Source: Octopus bimaculoides (lineage: Eukaryota). From it: a stretch of 36,492 nt of DNA. Each line of letters opens with the position of its first letter. Positions within the stretch are counted from its first letter, which is position 1. This document shows positions 1 to 10,478 of this stretch, one piece after another. A model generated the notes under the pieces. It was given only the letters and a program-made list of their open reading frames with translations. It did no database searches and had not been told where the DNA came from. Location of the stretch: assembly GCF_001194135.2 (NCBI RefSeq), contig NC_068995.1:23677604-23714095 (forward strand), written 5' to 3'. The translations under genes were made by a program, and so were the position numbers.

Positions 1-198
1 GTGTTTGTCCCCCAATTTCGCTTGACAACCGATGCTGGTGTGTTTACGTCCCCGTAACTTTTCGGTTCGGCAAAAGAGACCGATAGAATAAGTACTAGAC
101 TTACAAAGAATAAGTCCTGGGGTCGATTTGCTCGACTAAAGGCGGTGCTCCAGCATGGCCTCAGTCAAATGACTGAAACAAGTAAAAGAATAAAGAGT
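1..198 (+). mobile_element. 3' half of a tRNA-derived SINE (family A), cut by the window start
   Basis: Closely matches 15696-15886 (cgcttgacaaccgatgctgg...aagaataagtcctggggtcgatttgctcgactaaaggcggtgctccagcat...gtcaaatgactgaaacaagtaaaag). Ends in an A-rich tail followed by (TACA)n. Linking it to the tRNA-like head at 32425-32508 relies on my recollection of an octopus SINE consensus. Confidence 0.8.
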
Positions 199-204
199 AT
201 ATAT

Positions 205-275
205 ATACATACATACATACATACACACATACATACATACACACATACACACATACATACATACATACATACATA
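205..275. repeat. (TACA)n/(CA)n microsatellite
   Basis: Seen directly. Confidence 0.95.
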
Positions 276-329
276 TAATTAAATGAATGACGATATCAAT
301 CTTAGTCAATAACACCTGTATCCAAAGGT

Positions 330-1100
330 GCTGTCGTTATTATTTATGCTTTTCCCCCTAGAGAATGCATCCAGGATCTCTTTGTAGTGTTCATAGATTA
401 TTAAAAGCATGTAGCACGTGATCTGGGGTAGTTATGTTTGCTATTTCTACTTCGTGGGCGCATAAATGTACCCTCCTTGAAACGATATTAAAGAAAATCA
501 TGGAAAGCTAATATATTACCAATAAAAATCACTTTGTCCAGATTCGAACGCATTCACATGAAATATTTCGTTAGAGAGCGAAAACTCTATACAAATATTT
601 GTTTGTTGCATTTGTTTTCCTCTAAAACAAATAAGAGAAAAAGAAAGAAACCAAGAAAATGAGATAGGCATTGTGATATAAGGATACATGTATACAAAGG
701 AAGTTATGAAAAGACACGGACGGCTATACACAGGACTAAATTGAGAGAAATGGAGAAAATCTTACTTATAGTCACTGAAGACAGATTACACATATTCGTT
801 TACTTCTTTAATTCATGAAGCTAAATCAATAAAAATGAAGACGTTATGTTCAGTTGCCATGGCAATGAATCTTATCGCATTTGCTATATATTGGTACTCT
901 AATAACATTTCAACTGAGGCCCTTTCTAATGATTTACTTGCATATCATGAACAGGTCGTGGTGCTTTCAAAAATAACACTACTTACATGCATTTATTTCT
1001 CATACTTCACTTTAAATAGTGTTTGTGGAAATACTTGCGATGTAGAAGGATTTTCGTTTAATTTATGAAAATGGTGGCAGCTAAAAGTCCAGATGCGATT
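330..1100 (-). mobile_element. Highly degenerate RNase H and C-terminal region of an I-group-like LINE ORF2
   Basis: Manual minus-strand translation: SLERASVEMLLEYQYIANAIRFIAMATEHNVFIFIDLAS (about 817-925) resembles LINE RNase H S+F.AE..AI..AL..I....+IF.DS.S. ISFSWF (647-665) resembles +.F.W+PSH. EVEIANITTPDHVLHAF..RDPGCIL*GEKH (about 350-450) resembles the EV.+.RL..GH...P.C..C...H zinc knuckle. Many stops and frameshifts. Confidence 0.5.
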
Positions 1101-1324
1101 TATGTTATCCTATCCATTGTAAATCTATTCCACATGGATATAATCTGAAATGTTTATGTTTGGAAACAGAAACCGGATTGTGGTCATGTATCAATAAGTT
1201 ATTATCAAGAATATAGCTCAAGTATATAATAATAATTTCTTACATCTTCACGAGGATAGAAAGTTTTGGAGAGAAAATACTCTACTATATCATTACCGAT
1301 ACGTAACTGACCTTTTCTTTCATA

Positions 1325-1385
1325 GAATCCGGATGGATGACAGACAAATTTGACTCCGATGGCATTTGAATTCATTAGAAATACA
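1325..1385 (-). mobile_element. Short degenerate fragment of SINE family B
   Basis: ggatggatgacagacaaatttgactccgatggcatttgaattc is a diverged reverse complement of the gagttcaaattccgccgaggtggactttgccttttatccttcc core at 16770-16812. Confidence 0.5.
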
Positions 1386-1399
1386 AAATAAAAGCTGAT

Positions 1400-1570
1400 G
1401 ATTTAGTTACAAGACTAACAATTAGGGGGGCGTAATTAGTCGATATTATCGAGCCCAGTACTTGATTGATATTTTATTTTTCGATCCGGAGTGATATAAA
1501 GCAATTTTGACCTCGGTATGATTTGAACTCGGGGTATAAAGAACCAGAACAAGGCATTTTCCCGACAACC
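1400..1570 (-). mobile_element. Degenerate tRNA-derived SINE (family B)
   Basis: Reverse complement reads gagttcaaatcataccgaggtcaaaattgctttatatcactccggatcgaaaaataaaatatcaatcaagtactgggctcgat, homologous to the copies at 7335-7729 and 16697-16913. Confidence 0.7.
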
Positions 1571-1622
1571 CAGCAACCCAGCCAACTCACCACCTTAACT
1601 AAATATGTAACAATGCCATAAA

Positions 1623-2517
1623 ATTGGGTCATCCCATAAATAATGTAGTTTTTTTTTTCAATTGCATGAACTAAAAGTCGGAGGGAGACAGGATAAATTA
1701 CCTGCATCAACCTGCCATAAAGCAGGTAGTAATTATACATTGTATTTATTCTTAGTGCAATTCGAATTTAACTGTTATTTTTTCAAAGCCATAATGCAAG
1801 TGACAAAGGAGCATATTCACCATATTTTGCTTTATGAGTTCAGTAACAGCAACAACGCAACGGAAAGTGTGAGGAATATTGATGCAGTATATGGAGATCG
1901 GACAATAAGCGCAAGCTAGTGTCAACGGTGTTTCCAAAAATTCCGAGCTGGAAACGCCAGCCTAGAAGACGAACCTCATCCTGGAAGATCTGTAGAGCTC
2001 GATGAGGACTTCCTGCAAACCCTGGTGGAAGAAAGTCTGATCGTAACTGCTGCGAAACTGACAGAGAAGCTTGGATTTGGTCTTTCAACCAGTCATTCAA
2101 GTCGGTGCTAGAAGAAAAACAAATCATCTTTGATTTCAAAACAAAAGGTGTTCTTCAACCAGGATAATGCCCGGCCACATACAGCGAGGATGACATTCCA
2201 AAGACTGAAGCAGTTTGAATGGAAAACAATCCCCCACCCACGATATTCTCATCTCGTTATCATTTATTCCGCAGTCTTCAAAATCATTTGGACTACAAAA
2301 TAAGAATCCTGCAGGCGAGGTCAGACCTGGAGGAGTATTTTTCGTCTCAGACAAGTGAATTTTGGAAGAGAGGCTTTGCAACTCTATCAGATAGACAGAA
2401 GAGCATTGTAGACAATGAAGGAGAGTTTATTTTAGACTAGAAAAGAACTTTGCTTATCTTAATTTTGAAAAGTAACAGGAGTGTGAAAAAATTGCATTAG
2501 TTATGGGATGAGCCAAT
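1623..2517 (+). mobile_element. Internally deleted mariner (Tc1/mariner) DNA transposon with both TIRs
   Basis: TIRs attgggtcatcccataaataatgtag (1623-1648) and the reverse complement of 2492-2517 match at 22/26. Transposase remnant: MQVTKEHIHHILLYEF..NATESVRNIDAVYGDRTISAS*CQRCFQKFRAGNASLEDEPHPGRS (HTH), then QDNARPHTA...EWKTIPHPRYS and YHLFRSLQNHL...FWKRG. TA TSD not cleanly preserved. Confidence 0.93.
1794..2440 (+). pseudogene. Mariner transposase pseudogene
   Basis: ATG at 1794, stop at 1917-1919, frameshifts. About 400 bp missing near 2100, including the first catalytic D (DE(K/T)W). Second D (DNA) at 2163. SPDLAPSD motif disrupted. Confidence 0.88.
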
Positions 2518-2842
2518 GCATTCGACTATACAGATTGCATTATACCACTGGCATATATCCAAGTATCAAAATGAACAGAGGTCTGTGTATAAACAAAATT
2601 TATAGGTTATCAAAACATGCTTTCTATGATCTAATTTCATTTCTCTACACACGGAGTTCAAATCTTGCTAGGATTTATTTCTAATGATATTCTCTCCATA
2701 AAATGAGTATCGATGAAGTTAAGATTAATTTCAGAATTCACATCAAAAGTCAATAGTAAAATTATTATGGATGACTAAAGGAAATAAAATAGCATGCACA
2801 CACAAATTTCATATAGTTAATGTATATATATATGTGTGTGTG

Positions 2843-2844
<2 letters not shown>

Positions 2845-2884
<40 letters not shown>
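2845..2884. repeat. (GA)n microsatellite
   Basis: Seen directly. Confidence 0.95.
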
Positions 2885-2933
2885 CAGACAAACAGACGAG
2901 ATACAGAGAGACAGAGAGCGAGTTATACTTGAA

Positions 2934-3160
2934 TATAGCAATCCCTCGCCATATAGCGGTTCACCTATCGCGGTTTACTATTTAAGCTTACGTCGATTCC
3001 TCCGTTGTGTTGTTTTGCATTTATAATAAAACAAATATATACACATTATAAAAGTAATAAAACAAAATATACAGTATACTACTGTTTCTACTTCGCGGAT
3101 TTTCACCTATCGTGAGGTGGTTTGAAACCTGACATCTGCGATAGTCGAGGGAATACTTTA
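2934..3160. mobile_element. About 225-bp Tigger/pogo-like MITE
   Basis: Left end tatagcaatccctcgccatatagcgg versus reverse complement of right end taaagtattccctcgactatcgcag (about 19/26). Internal repeat ttcacctatcg at about 2961 and 3103. AT-rich non-coding interior. Confidence 0.55.
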
Positions 3161-3249
3161 TGAGAATAGAATTGCTGTGCTTTAGAAGAATTGCCATTAC
3201 TTATAAAAGCATTCAATTCTATAGAACAAATAGCCGAAATGAGCTCAAC

Positions 3250-4270
3250 GGATATTGTAGCATATATGGTTGACTGGAATTAAATTTTTATCTCGCATTG
3301 TTACTTTCTTGCCATAGCGGTATTTAGGCAAGAATAGTTTCATTACGGTCAGCCCAGTGTAAGAGTAAATACCATTTCCCCTTCTCAGCACAGAGACGCA
3401 TCAATGTTCAATCAATGACCACATTAGACACAAATACCATAGATATATCCCACTATGAATAAGAGCACCATGACTAGGGCACCACTATGAAGTAGAGCAC
3501 CAGCTACGCAGTGATCGCTATCCTTTCATTTGTTACCATTGTGACCCTCGTCAGAAACCAACTGGTATTCAGGTTGAACAGAGGAAAGCAAAACAAGGTT
3601 CTCAGACTGTTATAGTTTAGTCTCCCTAATTCAGATACATGGTGTATATGCAATAATGGATTTTTCTGTATGGCCATTTATCTGTATACGATATTCTGCT
3701 TCAGTAGGCTAAAAAGTAACACACATTATCATCATGCATCTAGTTTGTTTATACATTCCCCGTCTTAACCTCAGAGAAGGATCATGACTTCCCATGACAT
3801 AATGTCAGGTTATTTCTTATAGGTTTTTATGCTGATGTTTGTTATGAGGGTAATTATGAATGTATAACCTTTATACCATGGTATAGATTGGTTATGCGTT
3901 TATTGCTAATTCATTGATATATTTTGTATTATTTTTGAAAATGTTATTGATTACAATAACACATCTAACAGTGGAACTATTATACAAATCACCAAAAGCA
4001 GTAATAGTCAAGCATCATCAGTCCAGATATAAAATTTAGTTGGAAAATACAGGCAACAGTCGAGACGATAGTAAATTGGCTGGATAACAGAAGCCAACAG
4101 CGAATGTAATATTTATTTATCGAAGTAATTCCGCTTTGTTTTCTGGATTAATCTTGCACTGCAATATTCGACAACTCAAACTCTCAAATTAATGCAGTTG
4201 TTCCATGCACTTATTAAGAGAATTCGCTGATGTCAAGGTTGTGAAGGAAAGCATCTTATTAAATCATCAC
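3250..4270 (-). mobile_element. Highly degenerate reverse transcriptase region of an I-group-like LINE, probably the same element as 330-1100
   Basis: Minus-strand motifs in the expected order: LDISE (4223-4237, cf. LD+.KAFD), WTDDA (4011-4024, cf. Y/FADD), HDPSLRL (3766-3786, cf. H.DP.L.L), CVTF* (cf. G+.FD), GYIYG, LMRLC (3393-3404, cf. GLRLC.GAF). Heavily mutated. Confidence 0.5.
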
Positions 4271-4419
4271 CCTTTATATCTTAAAATCATGCAGACTTTT
4301 ATAGTCCCAGATATCATGATCATTTGTAGTATATGAATTAAAGATTTTTGTTCTGTCCCCAGGATCTCAAGTTCAGCTATACTTTACTCCAGATGGGTTG
4401 GTATATATTCTGTTGCTCC

Positions 4420-4467
<48 letters not shown>
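4420..4467. repeat. (TAA)n microsatellite 5' of the LINE insertion
   Basis: Seen directly. A second (TAA)n run lies at 4846-4869. Confidence 0.95.
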
Positions 4468-4468
<1 letters not shown>

Positions 4469-4869
4469 CTTTCTAATTGATGTATCAATACCAGCAGATG
4501 ACAACGTTTCTCTAAAAGAAATGGAAAAACTTTCAAAATACAAAGACCTGGAAATAGAGATAACTCGAATGTGGAATCTAAAAACAGAAACAATTCCTAT
4601 CATAGTAGGTGCCTTAGGTATAATAAAAAAATATTCAGCCAAATACATAACAAAAACACCAGGACTTTCAAATATATATAACATACAGAAAATTGCACTA
4701 CTGGGTACTGCACACATCCTACGCAAAACACTTTCAATACAGTAAACATAAGAGCACCACAGCAAACCACAGCACATACCCAAGGCGCACAGAGCTGCGC
4801 TCGGTAGTGAAGTGAAAGCACGTTATAAAAATAAAACTACTGAACAATAATAATAATAATAATAATAAT
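4468..4869 (+). mobile_element. 5'-truncated young R4/Dong-type non-LTR retrotransposon (REL endonuclease end, 3' UTR, (TAA)n tail)
   Basis: Uninterrupted frame 4467-4745: CFLIDVSIPADDNVSLKEMEKLSKYKDLEIEITRMWNLKTETIPIIVGALG...IQKIALLGTAHILRKTL, the typical C-terminus of REL-type LINE proteins. About 100-bp 3' UTR. (TAA)n on both sides. Confidence 0.88.
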
Positions 4870-4929
4870 GACTGGGAATGATAGCGAAACGGGCTGATTA
4901 CTCCCTAGCTCAGATACCAGGAAACCCCA

Positions 4930-6960
4930 AAATGTGATCTCAAATTTTAAAACAAACACAATTGGCAAAAGTGTGGTTGATGTGTTCAGTCTTCGCTTCA
5001 CACAGTCTACATTTGTTGTCTGCTAACGTTTTCTGCATTTTATTCTGTAGGTACTCGTTAGGGAACTTATGTTCTTGTACTGAATGGAGGTATCATAAAC
5101 CTTGTTGGTACTCCATGCCAAGATTGTGACATGATCAATGGTTTGTATTTTACCTGCAAAACAAGTACAATTGATGTGCTCATGCATTCTGTTCTAATGA
5201 TTAGATTTTACCAATGCTCCTTGGGGAATGTATCAGATGTTACTTCATACTCCGCTTCGGTATCCTAATTACGTTGTTGGTTACATGGTCACAAACTTGA
5301 GTAAGATAGTTATTGAACTCTTTCCTCTGCTGCAGATGTAATTTCAGTGCCACAATCCGTGCTTCATATGACATCAATGCAGATTTGAAAACACGGTCAA
5401 AATCCTTGCCTCGGGTGTATAGGCTGTCTAGATCTCCATTGATGTTGAAGTTTCTTGTAACACTGAGCAGCTTGCAAGTTCGTACATCTATGTCATCGAG
5501 TGCTTATAATGACCAGTTCAGGACAAACATAAGCATGAGGATAGGGACTGCATAGGTGTTGTGGGCAATATGGCTGCCTTAAACTGAGTTTTAATGACCA
5601 TATTCTCCTTACTATCCTGAGATATCCATTCCTGGTCCTCTCCTCCTTTATGGGTCCATCATATCTGATATTCTCATCTTGTCCAAGATACATATAATTG
5701 TCACCTGACTGTAGAGATTGTATTGTCAAACTGCTCATTTTTAGGTTGTCTGACGAGGGCACAACTCTTCTATGTTTTATTGTAAAAACTTCGCATTTCG
5801 ACTCACCAAATTTTCATTCCAACCTCTGCAGGGAATTGGGTTATGAGGTGCTTCTGTCCTCCATTTGGTCGATATTTGGCCCATGCAGTCTCAGGCCGTC
5901 AACGAAGAAAGAATGGGAGATACTTTTCGATCCATCTCATGGTCACTATGTTTTCTGAGCAAGTACATTAATAGGTTTAATGGGAGAAGGAGGAGCAACA
6001 CCGACAGGTATTACTTTCTGCAAGATGCCTTCTTTGTGTTGAATGCTATTCAACCTTATTTGTGGTGTACAGTGTTCCTCGGGCATTCACTAGTGTCTCT
6101 TGGACTAATTGTATAGGCTTGATCATGCACCCACATGGTATACTATGAAAAGCTTTCTGGTAGTCCAGCCACACTACGGTCAATTCACTGCGATATTTTA
6201 CTGCTTTTATTCCTGAATCCCTTTGTAAATTAGTCATGATTTATACAACACCACACCTCCTTTTCTCCAGCTTTCTCAGGAATTATAATGTTGTTGGTTG
6301 TACAATGACCCTGCAAGAGGGGATTGAGGCAACCAGTGTATCATTTGTACATAATGTTCCTGTAGGCCTTTAGGAGGTAATTTGTAGCAAGGGTGGTTTA
6401 GCTATTTTGGGGGATGAGGAGAGTAGCTGCAGTTGATAACCATTGGGAGCAGTTTTTGTGTGATTTACTACTTTCTCCATACAAACATTTGAGATCACGC
6501 CGATTAAGGTAAAACTCTTCGGTCAGTAACCTGCTATGAGATATGGTTGTACTGTTTCACACACCCTGTTTCCAGTATTATAGCTTTTGCTGAACAGGCT
6601 GACAGTAATCTCAGTCTAGCGCTTTTAGCCACGCGGCTTGTTTGTTGAATATATCATTTGTTTTCCCTCCAGTCGCCCTCGTCCTGATCTATTGTGGGGC
6701 ATATCTTTTTCAGAGATTGAGCCATACACATTGAAGATGCTATAAATTGACTTAAGGTGTCTGGCAAATAATCTATTGAGCATTTACCGTTAATATGCTG
6801 CAGATTTACATCTTAGTATTTTAGCTGTAGCTGTGAGTTGTCGTCTCAGTTACTGCAGTCTACAGTTTAGGACTTTTAATCTTGTATTACCAAATCGTCT
6901 CTCAACAGTTTTCCAAACTTCCTTCTCGTGACGTCTGAAGTTGTTCTCTGTGTTACATTT
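4930..6960 (-). mobile_element. Old degenerate R4/Dong-type LINE (RT domain to zinc knuckle)
   Basis: Minus-strand motifs: VVWLDYQKAFHSIP (about 6147-6171), EGILQK (cf. RGIFQGD), ISHSFFVDGLRLHG (about 5894-5920, cf. LFFVDDLKLY), YMYLGQDEN...YLRIVRRIW, KCRLCEAKTEHINH (about 4974-5020). Many stops and frameshifts. Confidence 0.85.
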
Positions 6961-7014
6961 TATAACTACAACCTATGAGATACAGGAATAGAAAAAAATT
7001 TACTTTTTTGTATT

Positions 7015-7247
7015 TTATGTATCTATGTTTGCTTGTCTGTATGTGTGTACATATATATCTATGTGTATATATATACGTGTGTGTGCATGTGTGTCAGTGC
7101 GTATGAGTGCGTGTGTGCAGCTCGGGGGGATAACAACTGGAGGTAGGTAGTGGTTTTGAAGTAAAATATTTATGCTCGCAGCCAAGTGTATATAAATACA
7201 CACACACACACACACGCGCACGCACACGCACACACACACACACACAT

Positions 7248-7333
<86 letters not shown>
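7015..7333. repeat. Compound (TG)/(TA) low-complexity sequence and long (CA)n microsatellite (7199-7333)
   Basis: Seen directly. Explains ORFs 7015-7350 and 7094-7378. Confidence 0.95.
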
Positions 7334-7334
7334 A

Positions 7335-7509
7335 AAGTGCTTAGCAGCATTTTGTACGTCTTTAGGTTTTGTGTTCAAACTCCTCCGAATCGGCTTTGTT
7401 TTTCATCCTTTCTTGGTCGATAAAATAAGTAACAGTTGAGAACTGGGGAGTGATATAATCGATTTACCCTTGTAATTGCTGGTCTCGTGCCGAAATTTGA
7501 AACCAATAT
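7335..7509 (+). mobile_element. tRNA-derived SINE, family B, 5'-truncated
   Basis: gttcaaactcctccgaatcggctttgtttttcatcctttcttggtcgataaaataagtaacag core, homologous to 16770-16835. The core resembles the Meta domain of animal SINEs (from memory, unverified). Confidence 0.8.
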
Positions 7510-7522
7510 CAGTGTTGATATA

Positions 7523-7729
7523 AGGCGGTGAGCTGGAGGATTTTTGGCACACTGGACATAATGTTTCGCGATATTTTGTCCATCTTGACGTTCTGAGTTC
7601 AAATTTTGAAGAGAACTTGCCTTTCATCTTTTCTAGATCGATAAAAATAAGTACCATTTGATCACTGGGATTCAGTGTGCGCCTTCTTCCAAAATTACTA
7701 GCATTGTGTCAAAATCTGAAGCTAATATT
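7523..7729 (+). mobile_element. tRNA-derived SINE, family B, near full length and in tandem with the previous copy
   Basis: Head aggcggtgagctgg, B-box-like gagttcaaat, core ttgcctttcatcttttctagatcgataaaaataagtacc, tail tgtgtcaaaatctgaagctaatatt. Confidence 0.8.
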
Positions 7730-8586
7730 AGCATTGACATCTGTTAATTCTTTGCAAGCACTCTTGTAGTTATATATTTTAATTTTAAGTATATTTTTTC
7801 TCTCAGCATATCTGATGTCTTTGGAAGAATTATGTTCGCTGTCTAGACTTCAACTAGGATTGAATACATAGATACATTACAGTTAATGCTCTCTATAAGT
7901 CGGTTGTTGAATCGAAAACAAAGGAGTGTCTTCTGTTAACTAAATGTTTAGGCCAGAATTTTAACATTGAGAACTAGCGTAGGTGAACAATGAACTGTTT
8001 AAAGAGATATAAGAAATTTCTTGAAGGAACGCTCTGCTTAATACAGACTAGATAATGTCTTATGTAGGTAATATAGTAAGATGGAAAACTGAGATTATCT
8101 AAGTTAATAGTGGACAAAATATCCACCCTGGACTGTTTAAAATCGTATTGAAAAAACAAGGCATCAATATGAAAAGTTGATCGAATTTTTCTCTAGCGTA
8201 CATAATCAAAGTTGCAGTCGATTTGGTATTTTAAACTAACTTTACAAAAGGTACAACTGGTGTTTGTGTTATTAGATCACCTCATCCAAGGTCATTCTTC
8301 TCAGCAACAAGAGTGATGAATACATTTAGCCAGAAATGGAATATAGTTACATTGATTGCGAATAGCAGAAAATGGCTAAGACAAAAATACCTCCGCCTCC
8401 TAAATATTAAGTACAAAAATATAAAAAATTTGAATATATAATAAATTGAGTTTTAAAAATTCGATCAATCGCACATATTCTCGCAATTAATAGGAAACAA
8501 AGTTCCTTCCATGTATTCCAAATCTATACAACAAAACAAAAAAAAGATAATAGCCCCTTTCCCCACCAAGTGATATAGACTTATAA

Positions 8587-8782
8587 AACCAGTTTCTCAG
8601 TATCTGTAACGTATATATCCCAACCAGACGGGATTCCGGTCCGTCCAAGTTTTACTCATTTTTGCCAGCTGGAGCAACGTGAAAAGAAGTGCTTTTCTCA
8701 AGAACACAACGTACACATCAGAAATCGAGACGACAGTCTTATGCTCGTGTGTCTAACATTCGTAACCATTGATCCACGCGTC
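8587..8782 (-). mobile_element. Degenerate tRNA-derived SINE (third family)
   Basis: tttactcatttttgccagctggagcaacgtgaaaagaagtgcttttctcaagaacacaac...taaccattgatccacgcg reads as the reverse of a tRNA head plus a V-like ttcttgagaaaagcac segment. Family recognised from memory. Confidence 0.6.
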
Positions 8783-10395
8783 ACCTCATAGAAGCAAACG
8801 AGAAAAGAAGATATTTATAATAAGCTGATTTCAAATTCTTCCTATAATAGAGACAATGTAGTTTGAAATGGATCTGATTTTTAAAAAGATGGAGAAAGCA
8901 GCGGATATCTTTTCGTTTAATTAGATTTCCTAAACGAAGCATATTCTGCTCAGTTGCCAAGATTAAGAGTAATCAATATATGTCGAAATGGAGGTTATAT
9001 AATAGCATTGATCATGAATTTCAACAATATGGATGCAGGAGAATAACTTAGAGGAGTGTTTTGTATAGTAGATATACATGAAGCTCTTACATACAGTAGC
9101 TGAACAACTTCCATCAACTGAGATTATCCAATAAATTAATAGGCAAAATATCCCGCTAGGGATGGTTTATACCAAACAATAAGAAGCATAGTGTTTGAGC
9201 AGTGACACAAGAAGATACAAACACAGAGCTATTCAAGTATGCATTCGGATATTCAGGTTTCTAATAGTTCGTGTATGTGTGCAAGAGTAAATACATACAC
9301 TATGAATTTTTGTATTGCTATACACTGAACATCATGAGGCTTTGACGCAAGATGCTTGCCGAAGATATCACGCAGATGTAACGAAGCCGTATTAAAATGA
9401 TTAAACTTTGAAATTTCTGACAACAGATCTCTCATTCAATCAGGTATTTCATACGAAGCTTTAAATTGATATATTTTTTATTTTATTTTATTTTTTTTGC
9501 TTCTCACTCAGATGCATTTATTTATTCATATATTGTGATTTTTGCGTCTCTGCATATGTGTGTACGTGTGTGTGTGTGTGAGTGTATGCGTTTATATATA
9601 TATATATATATATATACATGCATATATATATATATATATGTGTGTGTGTATGTGTAGAAGGTTGAAAAGGAACACATGAGTTGATATATATATATAGAAA
9701 AAAGTCAAGTCAGAAAATGCTAAAATAATTTTACAAAAAATATTTCAGTCATTGAGACTATGGAAGACAATTAAATTTTGGATAAGTTACAAGAAAGAGA
9801 AACAGAGATAGGCAGAAACGACGAAAATACCCCTTGTATTTGAATACTATGGAAATATTCTTTTAAAAAAATTTTCCTTTAACTTTTCCAAAATTNNNNN
9901 NNNNNNNNNNNNNNNNNNNNNNNNNNNNNNNNNNNNNNNNNNNNNNNNNNNNNNNNNNNNNNNNNNNNNNNNNNNNNNNNNNNNNNNNNNNNNNNNNNNN
10001 NNNNNNNNNNNNNNNNNNNNNNNNNNNNNNNNNNNNNNNNNNNNNNNNNNNNNNNNNNNNNNNNNNNNNNNNNNNNNNNNNNNNNNNNNNNNNNNNNNNN
10101 NNNNNNNNNNNNNNNNNNNNNNNNNNNNNNNNNNNNNNNNNNNNNNNNNNNNNNNNNNNNNNNNNNNNNNNNNNNNNNNNNNNNNNNNNNNNNNNNNNNN
10201 NNNNNNNNNNNNNNNNNNNNNNNNNNNNNNNNNNNNNNNNNNNNNNNNNNNNNNNNNNNTATATAGTGAAGAATGGAACGTTCTGCATACATGTTGGATA
10301 GGTATATAAGAAAGAAAGAAAAGTAAAAGTCAGAGAAAGTTTGTATGATAAAGTTTATGGTGATATTAGGATCATATTACATCATTTCAAATTAA

Positions 10396-10435
10396 ACAAG
10401 TACCGGTTTCACGATCAAACGATTATCAACTTATA
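10396..10435 (-). ncRNA. Degenerate minimal type-I hammerhead ribozyme-like motif
   Basis: Minus strand: AUAAG UUGAUAA UCGUUUGAUCGU GAAA CCGG UA CUUGU. Stem I AUAAG/CUUGU, palindromic stem III ACCGGU, GUA triplet. Core is U3/A8 instead of C3/G8, and stem II is weak. Confidence 0.4.
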
Positions 10436-10478
10436 TAGACAAAAATGTTTTTGCTGTCAATAGGACGCCATCTTTGAT

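Noticed and set aside
3500-4250. Plus-strand translations resembling a GRL101/LGR-type 7TM receptor (IVTLVRNQLV, FCMAIYLYTI, LFLIGFYADVCYEGNY)
   Set aside because: The pieces lie in different frames with many stops and wrong spacing. AT-rich DNA gives hydrophobic peptides by chance, and the minus strand has a more coherent ordered set of LINE RT motifs.
7950-8400. CR1-like RT N-terminal fragment (SGQNIHPGLFK, cf. GPD.IHP..LK)
   Set aside because: One short motif only; downstream motifs are not convincing.
9735-9770. Third hammerhead (minus strand AGUC-UCAAU-GACU-GAAA)
   Set aside because: A stem II plus GAAA is visible, but there is no CUGANGA core, stem III or cleavage triplet.
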